Notes: a model not told the origin generated them from the letters alone. Counted from the first letter of the stretch, positions 53,779 through 63,561 are shown. The stretch: DNA of 64,000 bases from Candidatus Palauibacter sp. (GCF_965216145.1 NZ_OZ244149.1:1209663-1273662); one strand, 5' to 3'. Made by a program: numbers and translations.

Positions 53779-54242
53779 GCGATGTCCTCTACCGTTCCCA
53801 CGTGAAGATCGTCCGGGAGAAGGGTCCCTACCGCACGGCGCACATCCCGGCCACGGAAGCACCTGTTGAGTTCGGCGTCCACTCCGCGATCGCGGAGCAC
53901 TACGGCGTCACCTCCGACCGCGATATCGCGACGACGCTCGACTACGTGATCGCCGCCACGGGCGGCTGACTGACCGGAACCTTCGGGGGCGCGCTGGAAG
54001 CGCGTGGGGTCAGGGCCGATGAGGGACGACTCGTGGCGGAGGTCAAGGGCGAGGTCGAGACGGAGGATGGCGTCCTCGTCATCCGGAGGATTCACGCGCG
54101 GTATCGACTGCGGGCGGACGAGGCGCACGCCGCCGCGATCCGGCGCGCGTTCGAGGCGCATCCGCCGAAGTGCCCGGTCTACCGGACGCTCTCCGGGTGC
54201 ATCGACATCACGACGGAGCTGGACCTCCTCCCGCTCGAATGA
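53775..54242 (+). CDS. OsmC-like selenoprotein (Sec at codon 65)
   Basis: ORFs 53775-53969 and 54033-54242 share a frame and are separated by a single TGA (53967-53969): ...TTLDYVIAATGG-U-LTGTFGGALEARG...KCPVYRTL... 155 aa; ATGA coupling to the Nudix gene; SECIS-like hairpin directly after the TGA. Confidence 0.85.
53970..54013 (+). promoter_or_regulatory. Bacterial SECIS-like stem-loop
   Basis: CTGACC...GGTCAG basal stem; GCGCGC-UGGAA-GCGCGU apical hairpin whose G-containing loop starts 26 nt after the UGA. Confidence 0.75.
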
Positions 54243-54252
54243 GCGGCGGGGC

Positions 54253-55626
54253 TCAGTTGAGCCCGTCGGTGAGGCGGCCGTACAGGTCGGCGAGCGCCGC
54301 GATGCCGTTGCGGTAGACGCCGAGATCGATCCACTCGTCCGGCGCGTGCATGTTGCAGCCGGGGAGTGCGAAGCCGATGAGCAGCACCGGCGCCTCGAAC
54401 GTCTCTTCGAACGCCTGGACGATCGGGATCGAGCCCCCTTCGCGCACGAACGCGGGCGGGGCCCCGAAGCCCGACTCAAGCGCGGCGGACGCGGCGCCGA
54501 AGATCGGGTGCCCCGTGTCGGCGACCCAGGGCGCGCCGCCGTGCGAGCGCTTGATCTCCACCGTCACACCCTCGGGGGCGAGCTCGTGGACCCGGGCCTC
54601 GAAAGCTTCAATGACCTGCGCCGGATCCTGATCCGGGACGAGCCGCATCGACACCTTCGCCATCGCCCGCGACGGCAGCACGGTCTTTGAGCCCTCGCCG
54701 GTGAAACCGCTGAGCATCCCGTTCACATCCAGCGTCGGGCGATACCACAGCCGCTCGAGGGCCGAGAAGCCGGCCTCGCCGCCCAAGGCCGGCGCTCCGA
54801 CCCCCGCGCGCAGCGTCTCGTCGTCCATGGGGAGACGCTCAAGGTCGGCGCGTTCGCGCTCGGTGATGGGCCGGACGGCGTCATAGTACCCCGGCACGGT
54901 CGCGCGCCCCCGGTCGTCCCGGAGGCCGGCGAGGATCGCGGCCAGGGCGTTCGCCGGGTTCACGACGGCGCCGCCGTAGCTCCCGGAGTGCAGGTCCGAC
55001 GCGGGCCCGAAGACGTTGATCTCCGTATAGACGATCCCCCGCAGGCCCGTCGTGATGCACGGCAGATCGGGCGAGAACATCCCGGTGTCGCTGATCAGGA
55101 CCGCGTCGCAGGCGAGGCGTTCGGCGTTCTCCGAGAGGAAGGCCGCGAGGTGGCGGCTCCCGACCTCCTCTTCCCCCTCGATCACGAGCTTGAGATTCAC
55201 GGGTACCCCGGCCCCGGTCGCGAGGCGGGCCTCGAGCGCCTTGATATGCATGTGGACCTGTCCCTTGTCGTCCACGGCGCCGCGGGCGTAAAGGCGGCCA
55301 TCCCGGACGGTCGGCTCGAACGGGGGACTCGACCACAGTTCGTCCGGTTCGGATGGCTGCACGTCGTAGTGCCCGTAGACGAGCACGGTCGGTGCGTCGG
55401 GGGCGTGGATCCGCTCGGCGACGACAATCGGGTGCCCCCCGGTCTCGATGACCTCGGCGCCGGGGACGCCCGCCGCCGCGAGGTGTTCGGCGACCCACCC
55501 CGCGCACGCCCGGACATCGCCGGCGCGCTCCGGGTCGGTGCTGATGCTGGGGATCCGGAGGAAGGTCTCGAGTTCCTCGCGGAAGCGGGGGAATTCTCGG
55601 TCGATGTAGGCGCAGAAGTCGGACAT
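54253..55626 (-). CDS. M20 family dipeptidase (ArgE/DapE/CNDP-like)
   Basis: VYGHYDVQP, ARGAVDDKG, EGEEE.GS, DLHSG.YGG, GGSIP, HAPDE. Confidence 0.9.
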   Translation of the reverse strand: MSDFCAYIDREFPRFREELETFLRIPSISTDPERAGDVRACAGWVAEHLAAAGVPGAEVIETGGHPIVVAERIHAPDAPTVLVYGHYDVQPSEPDELWSSPPFEPTVRDGRLYARGAVDDKGQVHMHIKALEARLATGAGVPVNLKLVIEGEEEVGSRHLAAFLSENAERLACDAVLISDTGMFSPDLPCITTGLRGIVYTEINVFGPASDLHSGSYGGAVVNPANALAAILAGLRDDRGRATVPGYYDAVRPITERERADLERLPMDDETLRAGVGAPALGGEAGFSALERLWYRPTLDVNGMLSGFTGEGSKTVLPSRAMAKVSMRLVPDQDPAQVIEAFEARVHELAPEGVTVEIKRSHGGAPWVADTGHPIFGAASAALESGFGAPPAFVREGGSIPIVQAFEETFEAPVLLIGFALPGCNMHAPDEWIDLGVYRNGIAALADLYGRLTDGLN

Positions 55627-55746
55627 GGGCTCCGGGTCTGGTTGCGGGATTCGCGGGCGTCGGGGCGCGGGCGTGATCGACTATAGGGTAGCGGCGGCGT
55701 GCGGCAAGCGCCTCGCGGCCCGGCAAAGCTGTCGGCGCCCGGGCGG

Positions 55747-56886
55747 TCAGTCGAACCGGGTCTCGGTGACGAGGGCGCCGACGCGGGCCGAGGTGTCGAG
55801 GCCGAGGAGCTTCCGGATCCCGGGGAGGCGGGCCAGCGCGAGGAGCGCCCCGATGCCGGCGGCGCCGGAGGGGCCCGCGACGATGCGGGCGCCCAGCCGC
55901 CCGGACTCGAGCGCCTCGGCGCCGGCGACCCACGCGTCTTCCGGGAGCGCGAGTGCCGCGTCGAGCAGCGGTGCGAGGAAATCCCAGGCGATCGTCGACG
56001 CGACGCCGGCGGCGAGGCCGCCCATCGCGGTGTCGAACGGCGGTTCGGCCACGCTCGCCCGGCCGCGGCGCAGGCTGCGCCCGAAACAGTCCGCCCGCCA
56101 CGGCTCGACGGCCACGAAGCGCGGCCGTCCCTCGCCGCACCGATGCGCGAAGTGGCCGCACACACCCGTCGCGAGGCCGCCGACGCCCGCCTGCACGAAG
56201 AGGTGCGTGAGCGGCGCCGAGCCGGCGGACGCCAGCGCCTCCAGCATCTCCGCGGCGAGGAGCGTGTAGCCGGCCATGACGCGGCGCGGCGTTTCCTCGT
56301 AGCCCTCGTACGCGGTGTCGGAGACCACGATCCAGCCGTTGCGGGCGGCCGCCCGGTCGGTGTGTGCGACCGCCCCGTCGTATGCGCCCGGCACGCGGAC
56401 GACCTCCGCCCCGTGCGACTCGATGGCCCGCGCGCGCGCCGGAATCGCGTCGTCCGGCAGGAAGACGACGCAGCGGCATCCGAGTTCCGCGCTGCCCCAG
56501 GCGACGGACCGCCCGTGGTTGCCCGCCGACGCGGTCGTGACCGTGATCTCCGCCGCGAGCGGGTGTCCGGCCCGGAGTTCCGCCCCCGTCGGCCGCGCGC
56601 CGCTCCGGCGCTCGATCTCGTCCTGCAAGGCGCGCAGGACGGCGAACGCCCCGCCGAGCGACTTGAACGAGCCGAGGCCGAAGCGCGACGACTCATCCTT
56701 GACCCACACGGCTTCGACGCCCAGCAACGCCGCGAGCCCCGGCAGTGTTACCAACGGCGTCGCTTCGTACCCGGCCCAGCCTCGGATCACGTCCCGAGCC
56801 GCTGCGGCCGTGGCCGGGTCGAGGGTCCCTTCCGTGGCCCTGCGCGGCAGCAAGGGCGAGCGGAGCGAAAGGCGGAGTTGGCTCAT
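55747..56886 (-). CDS. dpaL: Diaminopropionate ammonia-lyase-like PLP enzyme
   Basis: KDES.RFGL.SFK.LGG (PLP Lys), [21 protein letters not shown]...P..VM.GY, QAGVGG. Confidence 0.85.
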   Translation of the reverse strand: MSQLRLSLRSPLLPRRATEGTLDPATAAAARDVIRGWAGYEATPLVTLPGLAALLGVEAVWVKDESSRFGLGSFKSLGGAFAVLRALQDEIERRSGARPTGAELRAGHPLAAEITVTTASAGNHGRSVAWGSAELGCRCVVFLPDDAIPARARAIESHGAEVVRVPGAYDGAVAHTDRAAARNGWIVVSDTAYEGYEETPRRVMAGYTLLAAEMLEALASAGSAPLTHLFVQAGVGGLATGVCGHFAHRCGEGRPRFVAVEPWRADCFGRSLRRGRASVAEPPFDTAMGGLAAGVASTIAWDFLAPLLDAALALPEDAWVAGAEALESGRLGARIVAGPSGAAGIGALLALARLPGIRKLLGLDTSARVGALVTETRFD

Positions 56887-57006
56887 CGTGTGGCCAGGCG
56901 GGACGGGAGGACCAGGTGGTCTCGGCGCAGCGGGTTGGCCGGGTGGCTCTCGGGCATCAGTTTCCCGGCGACCGTCGCGATAGTGCCCTCAACCCGGAGC
57001 GATCCG

Positions 57007-57381
57007 TTGGATCTCGGCATGTTTTCGATCAGTCTCACGGTGAAGGATCTTGCCGCCTCGAAGGCGTTCTACGAGAAGCTCGGTTTCGAGCAGACGGGGG
57101 GCGATTTCGAAGCAAACTATCTGATCATGATGAATGGAGAGACCGTGGTCGGCCTCTTCCACGGGATGTTCGAGAAAAACATCCTCACGTTCAACCCGGG
57201 GCTCACGCTCGAAGGCAAGCAAATGGAGTCCTTCACGGATGTCCGCGACATTGAGCGCACCCTCCGCGAACGCGGCGTGGAGATCACGCACGGCACGGAG
57301 GAGGCCGGCGATTCCGGACCCGCGCACATCGTCGTCGAGGATCCCGACGGCAATCCGATCCTCATCGACCAGTTCTTCTAG
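57007..57381 (+). CDS. VOC/glyoxalase family protein
   Basis: [50 protein letters not shown]; TTG start. Confidence 0.88.
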   Translation: MDLGMFSISLTVKDLAASKAFYEKLGFEQTGGDFEANYLIMMNGETVVGLFHGMFEKNILTFNPGLTLEGKQMESFTDVRDIERTLRERGVEITHGTEEAGDSGPAHIVVEDPDGNPILIDQFF

Positions 57382-57402
57382 CCGTCCGTCAGGAACCTCC
57401 GA

Positions 57403-58728
57403 GTGAAAACCCTTCTGAACATCACCGGGCGGGCGTTTCGCGTTCCTGCGGGAACGTCGCCGGTCGCGCGTGGCCTCGCCGTCGTGGCGTGTCTCCTCGC
57501 CGTCCCTCTGGAAGCGCAGGAGGAACCGCCTGCCAACGGCAACGGCGCCCTTCGGGTCTTCTTCGACTGCGAGGGAGGCCGCGGCACGTGCGACTTCGAC
57601 TTCTACCGACGCGAGATCCCGTATGTGAACTACACGCGGGACCGGGAGGACGCCCAGGTCCACGTCCTGATGACCTCCGAAGGGACGGGCAGCGGCGGCC
57701 AGCGCTTCACGCTCGATTTCATCGGGCGGGAAGAGTTCATCGAGATCACGGATCGGCTGGAGGTCGTGACCCGCGCCAACCTCGCGGTCGAGCAGCGGCT
57801 GACCGAGGTGGCGCGCACGCTCGAACTGGGCCTGCTGCGCTACATCGCCCGCACCGACCAGGCCGCCAGCATCGATGTCCACTATGACGGAGCCGAGCAC
57901 GGCGAGGCGGCCGCGAAGCCCGAGGACGACCCGTGGGGCTTCTGGACCTTCCGGCTCCGCGGGAACGTCGAACTCGACGTGGACGAACGCACCGAGTCAT
58001 ACGAACTCTCGAGCGGCTTCTCGGCCGACCGGGTCACGGACGCCCTGAAGCTCGAGTTCTCCATCGACGGGAGCTACAACAAGAGGCTCTTCGAGACCTC
58101 GGACACGACCTCGGTCACCAGCATCCGCGAGAGCTACGATGCCGAGGGGCTCAGCGTGTGGAGCCTCTCGGACCACTGGTCGGTGGGAGCGGCGTACGAG
58201 CTGGCACACTCCAGCTTCGAGAACGAAGACCTGCAGATCCGGGTGGGGCCGGCCGTGGAGTACAACATCTTCCCCTACTCCGAGTCGACCCGCAGGCAGT
58301 TCAATTTCCTCTATACGATCGGCCTCCGGTACAACGACTACATCGAGCAGACAGTGTTCCTCAAGGACGAGGAGACCCTGCCGCACCACCGGTTCAGCGT
58401 CCGCCTCAGCGTCCGCCAGCCGTGGGGCGAGTCCTACGGGTCCCTGACCTTCTCCCAGTTCCTCCACGACACGTCGAAGAACCGCTTCACCGCCTTCGCG
58501 GGGGCCGATTTCCGCATCTTCCGCGGCCTTTCGCTCCGGCTGAACGCGAACTACTCGCGCATTCGCGACCAGCTCAACGTGCCCGCCGGCGACGCCACGG
58601 CTGAGGAGGTGCTCCTCCGCCAGCGCGTCCTCCAGAGCGGTTTCGAGTATGGCGTGTCGGTGGGCTTCTCCTACACGTTCGGGTCGATCTATTCCAACGT
58701 CGTCAACCCCCGCCTGGACCGGTTCTAG
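57403..58728 (+). CDS. Outer-membrane beta-barrel-type hypothetical protein
   Basis: Signal peptide; VF.DC...CD.D..R.EI.YVNY.RD...A.VHVL.T, DPW.FW.F, PA.E.NIFPY.EST, FGSIY.NVVNPR. Confidence 0.75.
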   Translation: MKTLLNITGRAFRVPAGTSPVARGLAVVACLLAVPLEAQEEPPANGNGALRVFFDCEGGRGTCDFDFYRREIPYVNYTRDREDAQVHVLMTSEGTGSGGQRFTLDFIGREEFIEITDRLEVVTRANLAVEQRLTEVARTLELGLLRYIARTDQAASIDVHYDGAEHGEAAAKPEDDPWGFWTFRLRGNVELDVDERTESYELSSGFSADRVTDALKLEFSIDGSYNKRLFETSDTTSVTSIRESYDAEGLSVWSLSDHWSVGAAYELAHSSFENEDLQIRVGPAVEYNIFPYSESTRRQFNFLYTIGLRYNDYIEQTVFLKDEETLPHHRFSVRLSVRQPWGESYGSLTFSQFLHDTSKNRFTAFAGADFRIFRGLSLRLNANYSRIRDQLNVPAGDATAEEVLLRQRVLQSGFEYGVSVGFSYTFGSIYSNVVNPRLDRF

Positions 58729-58747
58729 CTACCACGAGGCTGACTTC

Positions 58748-60238
58748 ATGTACAGGTTCTTCGTCCCGCCGACCGCCGCCGTCGTGACCGGCATCGTCGC
58801 GACGGCCCTCTTCGCCGCCCCCGCGCGGCTCGCGTCCCAGACCCCGACCTCGCTCATGGAGGGGGCGTCGCCGGCGGAGATGTCCGCCCTGGAAGCGCTC
58901 GACGACCTGGCCGACGAGATACGGGGCATGTCGATGACGCTGTGGGAGTACTCGGAGACGGCCCTTCTGGAGCATCGCTCGGCCGAGTACCTGGCGGGGC
59001 TGCTCGAGGCCGAGGGGTTCGAGGTCGAAACCGGGGTCGCGGGCATGCCCACCGCTTTCACCGCGACGTACCGCCATGGAAGCGGAGGTCCGGTGCTCGG
59101 CGTGCTGGCCGAGTACGACGCGCTGCCGGGCGTCGGGAACGAACCGGTGCCCCACCGGGTGTCCCGGGCGGACGGCATCACGAGCGGCCACGGCTGCGGC
59201 CACAACCTGTTCGGGGCGGGCTCCGTCGGCGCCGCGATCGCGATCAAGCGGGCCATGGCGGATCAGGACATCGCGGGCGAGGTGCGGCTGTTCGGCACCC
59301 CGGCCGAGGAGACGGTCGTCGGCAAGGTGTACATGGCCAACGCGGGCGCCTTCGACGGGGTGGATGCGACGCTCGTGTGGCATCCGATGACCGAGACGCG
59401 GGTCACGAACGCCTCGACCCAGGCGATGAACAACTTCACCGTGGAGTTCCGGGGCCAGGCGGCGCACTCGGCGGCGGACCCGTGGAACGGCCGCAGCGCC
59501 CTCGACGCCGTGGAGATGATGAACTACGGAGCGAACCTGATGCGGGAGCACGTCCAGCCCTCGACGCGCATCCACTACGTGATACCGAACGCGGGGGAGG
59601 CGCCGAACGTCGTCCCCGAGTACGCGAAGGTGTGGTACTACGTGCGCGACACCCTGCGAACGAACGTGGAGGAGCACTACGCGTGGCTCCTCGACATCGC
59701 CGACGCCGCCGCGCAGGCGACCCGCACCGAGCACGAGGTCGCCCTCATCACGGGCGTGCACGCGCTCCTGCTCAACCGGCCGTTGCAGGAGGCGATGCAG
59801 GCGAACCTGGAAGCGGTCGGGGGCCCGAACTTCCCGGATGTCTTCCAGGCCTGGGGGCGCGAGATGCAGACCGGCCTCGACATCGACCCGGTGGGCCTCG
59901 ACGTCGAGGTGCAGCCGCTCGCCCTCGGGGTGACGCCGGCGCAGGGCGGCTCGACGGACGTGGCGGAGGTGAGCTGGATCACCCCGACGGTTCAGCTCGA
60001 AATCACCTCCGCTCCGAAGGGCGTCCCCTGGCACTCCTGGGCCACGAGCGCCTCGCACGGGACCGAATGGGCCGCGGCCGCGGCGGACGTGGCGGCGCGC
60101 GTTCTCGCGATGACGGGCATGGATCTGCTCACCGATCCCGGCCTCCTCGAAGCCGCCCGGGAGGCACACCGGGAGTCCACGCAGGGCCGGCCCTGGCGCT
60201 CCGCCATCCCCGCGGACCAGAAGCCTCCGATCCCGTAG
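58748..60238 (+). CDS. M20 amidohydrolase, AbgB-like
   Basis: LAEYDALPG, GHGCGHNLFG, GTPAEE, AHSAA.PW.GRSALDA, GSTDV..VSW..PT. Confidence 0.88.
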   Translation: MYRFFVPPTAAVVTGIVATALFAAPARLASQTPTSLMEGASPAEMSALEALDDLADEIRGMSMTLWEYSETALLEHRSAEYLAGLLEAEGFEVETGVAGMPTAFTATYRHGSGGPVLGVLAEYDALPGVGNEPVPHRVSRADGITSGHGCGHNLFGAGSVGAAIAIKRAMADQDIAGEVRLFGTPAEETVVGKVYMANAGAFDGVDATLVWHPMTETRVTNASTQAMNNFTVEFRGQAAHSAADPWNGRSALDAVEMMNYGANLMREHVQPSTRIHYVIPNAGEAPNVVPEYAKVWYYVRDTLRTNVEEHYAWLLDIADAAAQATRTEHEVALITGVHALLLNRPLQEAMQANLEAVGGPNFPDVFQAWGREMQTGLDIDPVGLDVEVQPLALGVTPAQGGSTDVAEVSWITPTVQLEITSAPKGVPWHSWATSASHGTEWAAAAADVAARVLAMTGMDLLTDPGLLEAAREAHRESTQGRPWRSAIPADQKPPIP

Positions 60239-60268
60239 GCCGTCGGGGCTCCGGCGCATTAGCCGCTC

Positions 60269-60298
60269 TTGCCGGTTGTTCTTGGCTTTTCCTATGCT
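60269..60298 (+). promoter_or_regulatory. Possible sigma70 promoter
   Basis: TTGCCG (60269-60274), 18 bp, TATGCT (60293-60298). Confidence 0.45.
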
Positions 60299-60395
60299 CA
60301 CGGTATGGTGGCCTCGTTGTGTGGGGTATCCACCGACAGGTGGAACCGGACGGGCAGGGGAGGCTTCACCACTCTTCAGGCGAGAGGTCAACGCC

Positions 60396-60803
60396 ATGAA
60401 CACGAAGTGCCTCGTCGCATCCGTCGCCGGTGCCGTTGTCCTCTTCGTAGGCGGCTACGTGCTGTACGAACTGCTCCTGGGGGGCTTGATGGAAGCCAAC
60501 ATGGGTAGCGCCACCGGGGCCATGAAGGACGCTCCCAACTTCCTCTGGATTGCGGTCGGCCAGCTGGCCTCTGGGGGCGTGCTGGCGACCGTGCTCGGGT
60601 GGAAGGGCGCCACCGACGTGGCTGGCGGTGCCAAGGCGGGCGCCCAGCTCGGCGCGCTTATCGCCGTGGCCGTCGGGTTCATGATGCTGGGTACGATGAA
60701 CGTCTCGACCCTCACCTGGGCCATCGTTGACGTCGTCGTTTCGGCGGTCCTGTGGGGCGCGGCAGGTGCCGTCGTCGGCATGATGCTCGGACGGGGCGAC
60801 TAG
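60396..60803 (+). CDS. Four-TM membrane protein (DUF1761-like)
   Basis: 135 aa, four hydrophobic helices; GAGAGG RBS. Confidence 0.7.
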   Translation: MNTKCLVASVAGAVVLFVGGYVLYELLLGGLMEANMGSATGAMKDAPNFLWIAVGQLASGGVLATVLGWKGATDVAGGAKAGAQLGALIAVAVGFMMLGTMNVSTLTWAIVDVVVSAVLWGAAGAVVGMMLGRGD

Positions 60804-60813
60804 GGGTTCGGCT

Positions 60814-60849
60814 CCGGCCGGCGGGCGTATTTTCGCGCCCGCCGGCCGG
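60814..60849. terminator. Perfect 14-bp hairpin after the membrane protein gene
   Basis: CCGGCCGGCGGGCG-tattttcg-CGCCCGCCGGCCGG; no U tract. Confidence 0.55.
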
Positions 60850-60943
60850 GCCCGCTGGACAGGTTGATGTGACCCGCTCCACCTTCTTCGACGTTCTCCG
60901 ACCTTCTCTCGTCCTGTTCCGACCACAACCACAGAGTCTTGCC

Positions 60944-63520
60944 ATGAACTGCGCACAGCGTGTCGGCCTCCGCTCCCTCCTGCCCCTCGCGGCCGTGACC
61001 ATGCTCGCGACGCCGCTCGCCGCGCAGGAAGCCGAGGAGGGCCCGGCGAACTACCGCCTCGCGGCGCGATTCGCGCCCTACAGGATCGATGAACTCATCT
61101 ACTCCACCTCCGTCGATCCGCAGTGGATCGAGGGCTCGGAGTCGTTCTGGTACGAATGGGAGACGTCGGACGGGTCCTTCTACTACATCGTCGACCCGGT
61201 GGCCGGCACGAAGCGGCCGATCTTCGACAATGACCGGATCGCGGCCGAGCTGACCCGCATCACGCGCGACCCGTGGGACGGCCAGCACCTCCCGATCCGC
61301 GCGATCAAGTTCATCGACGCCAACACGCTCCAGTTCGAGGTCGAATCCTCGCAGGACGAAGAGGAGGAGGAGACCGACTCGGAGATGGAGGAGATGGAGG
61401 AGCTCGACGAGGAGGAGGAAGAGGGCGAACAGCAGCGCCAGCGGGCCCGGAAGAAAGTGTTCCACTTCGAGTACGACGTGGACACGCGCACGCTTCGCGA
61501 AATGGAGGATTGGGAAGCGCCCGACAATCACCCGTCCTGGGCCAGCGTGTCACCTGACGGCCAGACCGTGATCTTCGCCCGCCACCACAACCTCTACATG
61601 ATGAGCGGGGACGACTATCAGCAGTTCCTCGAGGCGCGGCGCGGGGAGAGCGGCGACGAGGCGGATGAGGCCGAGGAGGGGATCGAGGTCGAGGAGACGC
61701 AGCTCACCACGGACGGCGAGGAGCACTACAGCTACGCCGTCTTCGAGCGGGGCGACACCGACATCGAGCGCGAGGAGAACGCCGATGAGCGCAAGCGGGC
61801 GTCGATCTCGTGGTCGCAGGACTCGCGCCGTTTCTCGCTCATCCGGCGGGATCGCCGTGAAGTGGGGGATCTGTGGGTCATCCACATGGTCGGGAACAAG
61901 CGGCCCGAACTCGAATCGTACAAGTACGACATGCCGGGCGAGGAGACCGTCAGCCAGCCCGAGCTTCTGATCTACGACCTCGAGGAGCGGCGCATGGTCG
62001 AGGCCGCGATGCCGGAGGAGTGGAAGGACCACCGCCTGTCCCAGACTTCGGCGCGCCAGTTCCGGTATCCGGACAGCGAGGAGCCGTTCCGCACGCTGTG
62101 GCTCTCCCCGAACTCGGACGAACTCCACTTCGTTCGCCAGAGCCGCGACCAGCACCGGGTGGACGTCATGGTCGCCGACGCCGCGACGGGCGAGTCCCGC
62201 GTGCTGTTCGAGGAGCGGCTCAACACCTACGTGGAGTTCCAGCGGCTCGAACTCCTCGAGTCCGGCGACATGCTGTGGTGGTCGGAGCGGGACGGCTGGG
62301 CCCACCTGTACCGGTTCGGGCCGGACGGATCGCTGCGCAACCGCCTCACCGAGGGCCCGTGGTCGGTACGCCAGGTCGTCGGGGTCGACGAGGCGGCCGG
62401 GGTCGCCTACTTCCAGGCCAACGCGCGCGAGGCGGGTGAGGACCCCTACTACCAGCACCTCTACCGGGTGAACCTGGACGGCTCGGGGCTGACCCAATTG
62501 AACCCCGGCGACTTCGATCACCGGGTCGACATGGGGGAGTCGAACCGCTTCTTCGTCAACAACCATTCGCGCGTCGACGAGACGCCGGCGTCGGCGCTCC
62601 ATGCCGCGAACGGACGCAGGATCATGGACCTCGAGACCGCGGACTTCTCGAAGCTCGAGGAAGCGGGGTATGGATTCCCCGAGCCCTACAGGGTGAAGGC
62701 GGACGACGGGGTGACGGATCTGTACGGCGTCATGTACAAGCCGTTCGACTTCGACCCGGAGGAGACGTATCCGATCGTGGCCTACGTGTACCCGGGGCCG
62801 CAGACGGAGTCCGTCGCCAAGTCGTTCTCCACGGCGCGCTATGAGACGGCGCTGGCCCAGTTCGGGATGGTGGTGATCACGGTGGGGAACCGCGGCGGTC
62901 ATCCGGCCCGCTCGAAGTGGTATCACAACTACGGGTACGGAAACCTCCGGGACTACGGGCTGGCCGACAAGAAAGCCGCGATCGAACAACTCTCCGACCG
63001 GCACGATTTCATCGACATCGACCGGGTCGGGATCTACGGCCACTCCGGGGGCGGCTTCATGTCCACGGCGGCGATGCTGGTCTATCCGGACTTCTTCAGG
63101 GTCGCGGTCTCATCGTCGGGGAACCACAACAACGACGTCTACAACCAGAACTGGTCGGAGAAGCACCACGGCGTGAGTGAGGTCGTCGACGACAGCGGGA
63201 ACGTGACCTTCGAATACGAGATCGAGCGCAACTCGGATCTGGCCGCGAACCTGAAGGGGCACCTGCTGCTCACGACCGGGGACATCGACAACAATGTCCA
63301 CCACGCGGGGACGCACCGCATGGCGGAGGCGCTGATCCGGGCCAACAAGCGCTTCGACTACTTCGTCTTCCCCGGCCAGCGGCACGGCTACGGCGACATG
63401 AGCGACTACTGGTTCTGGCTGCGCGCGGAGTACTTCGTGAAGCACCTGCTGGGCGACACGCGATGGAAGCCGGACATCACGCAGTTGAACGTCGAACAGG
63501 AGCAGACGGGCGGCCTCTGA
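60944..63520 (+). CDS. S9B family (DPP IV-like) peptidase
   Basis: Signal peptide, DPP IV N-propeller, YVYPGPQ, GIYGHSGGG (Ser), GDID.NV (Asp), FPGQRHG (His). Confidence 0.9.
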   Translation: MNCAQRVGLRSLLPLAAVTMLATPLAAQEAEEGPANYRLAARFAPYRIDELIYSTSVDPQWIEGSESFWYEWETSDGSFYYIVDPVAGTKRPIFDNDRIAAELTRITRDPWDGQHLPIRAIKFIDANTLQFEVESSQDEEEEETDSEMEEMEELDEEEEEGEQQRQRARKKVFHFEYDVDTRTLREMEDWEAPDNHPSWASVSPDGQTVIFARHHNLYMMSGDDYQQFLEARRGESGDEADEAEEGIEVEETQLTTDGEEHYSYAVFERGDTDIEREENADERKRASISWSQDSRRFSLIRRDRREVGDLWVIHMVGNKRPELESYKYDMPGEETVSQPELLIYDLEERRMVEAAMPEEWKDHRLSQTSARQFRYPDSEEPFRTLWLSPNSDELHFVRQSRDQHRVDVMVADAATGESRVLFEERLNTYVEFQRLELLESGDMLWWSERDGWAHLYRFGPDGSLRNRLTEGPWSVRQVVGVDEAAGVAYFQANAREAGEDPYYQHLYRVNLDGSGLTQLNPGDFDHRVDMGESNRFFVNNHSRVDETPASALHAANGRRIMDLETADFSKLEEAGYGFPEPYRVKADDGVTDLYGVMYKPFDFDPEETYPIVAYVYPGPQTESVAKSFSTARYETALAQFGMVVITVGNRGGHPARSKWYHNYGYGNLRDYGLADKKAAIEQLSDRHDFIDIDRVGIYGHSGGGFMSTAAMLVYPDFFRVAVSSSGNHNNDVYNQNWSEKHHGVSEVVDDSGNVTFEYEIERNSDLAANLKGHLLLTTGDIDNNVHHAGTHRMAEALIRANKRFDYFVFPGQRHGYGDMSDYWFWLRAEYFVKHLLGDTRWKPDITQLNVEQEQTGGL

Positions 63521-63561
63521 TCCGGCCGCCCGCCGCTCCGTTCCCGCGGGTTACCTGCTAG

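Noticed and set aside
53775-54242. Pseudogene interpretation of the split OsmC-like gene
   Set aside because: The only lesion is a TGA exactly at the expected Cys, with a SECIS-like hairpin and intact coding bias on both sides, so Sec is more parsimonious. Not excluded until sel genes are confirmed.
55699-57006. 560-aa plus-strand ORF ending in a glyoxalase
   Set aside because: Only the last 124 aa are VOC-like; the rest is antisense to dpaL.
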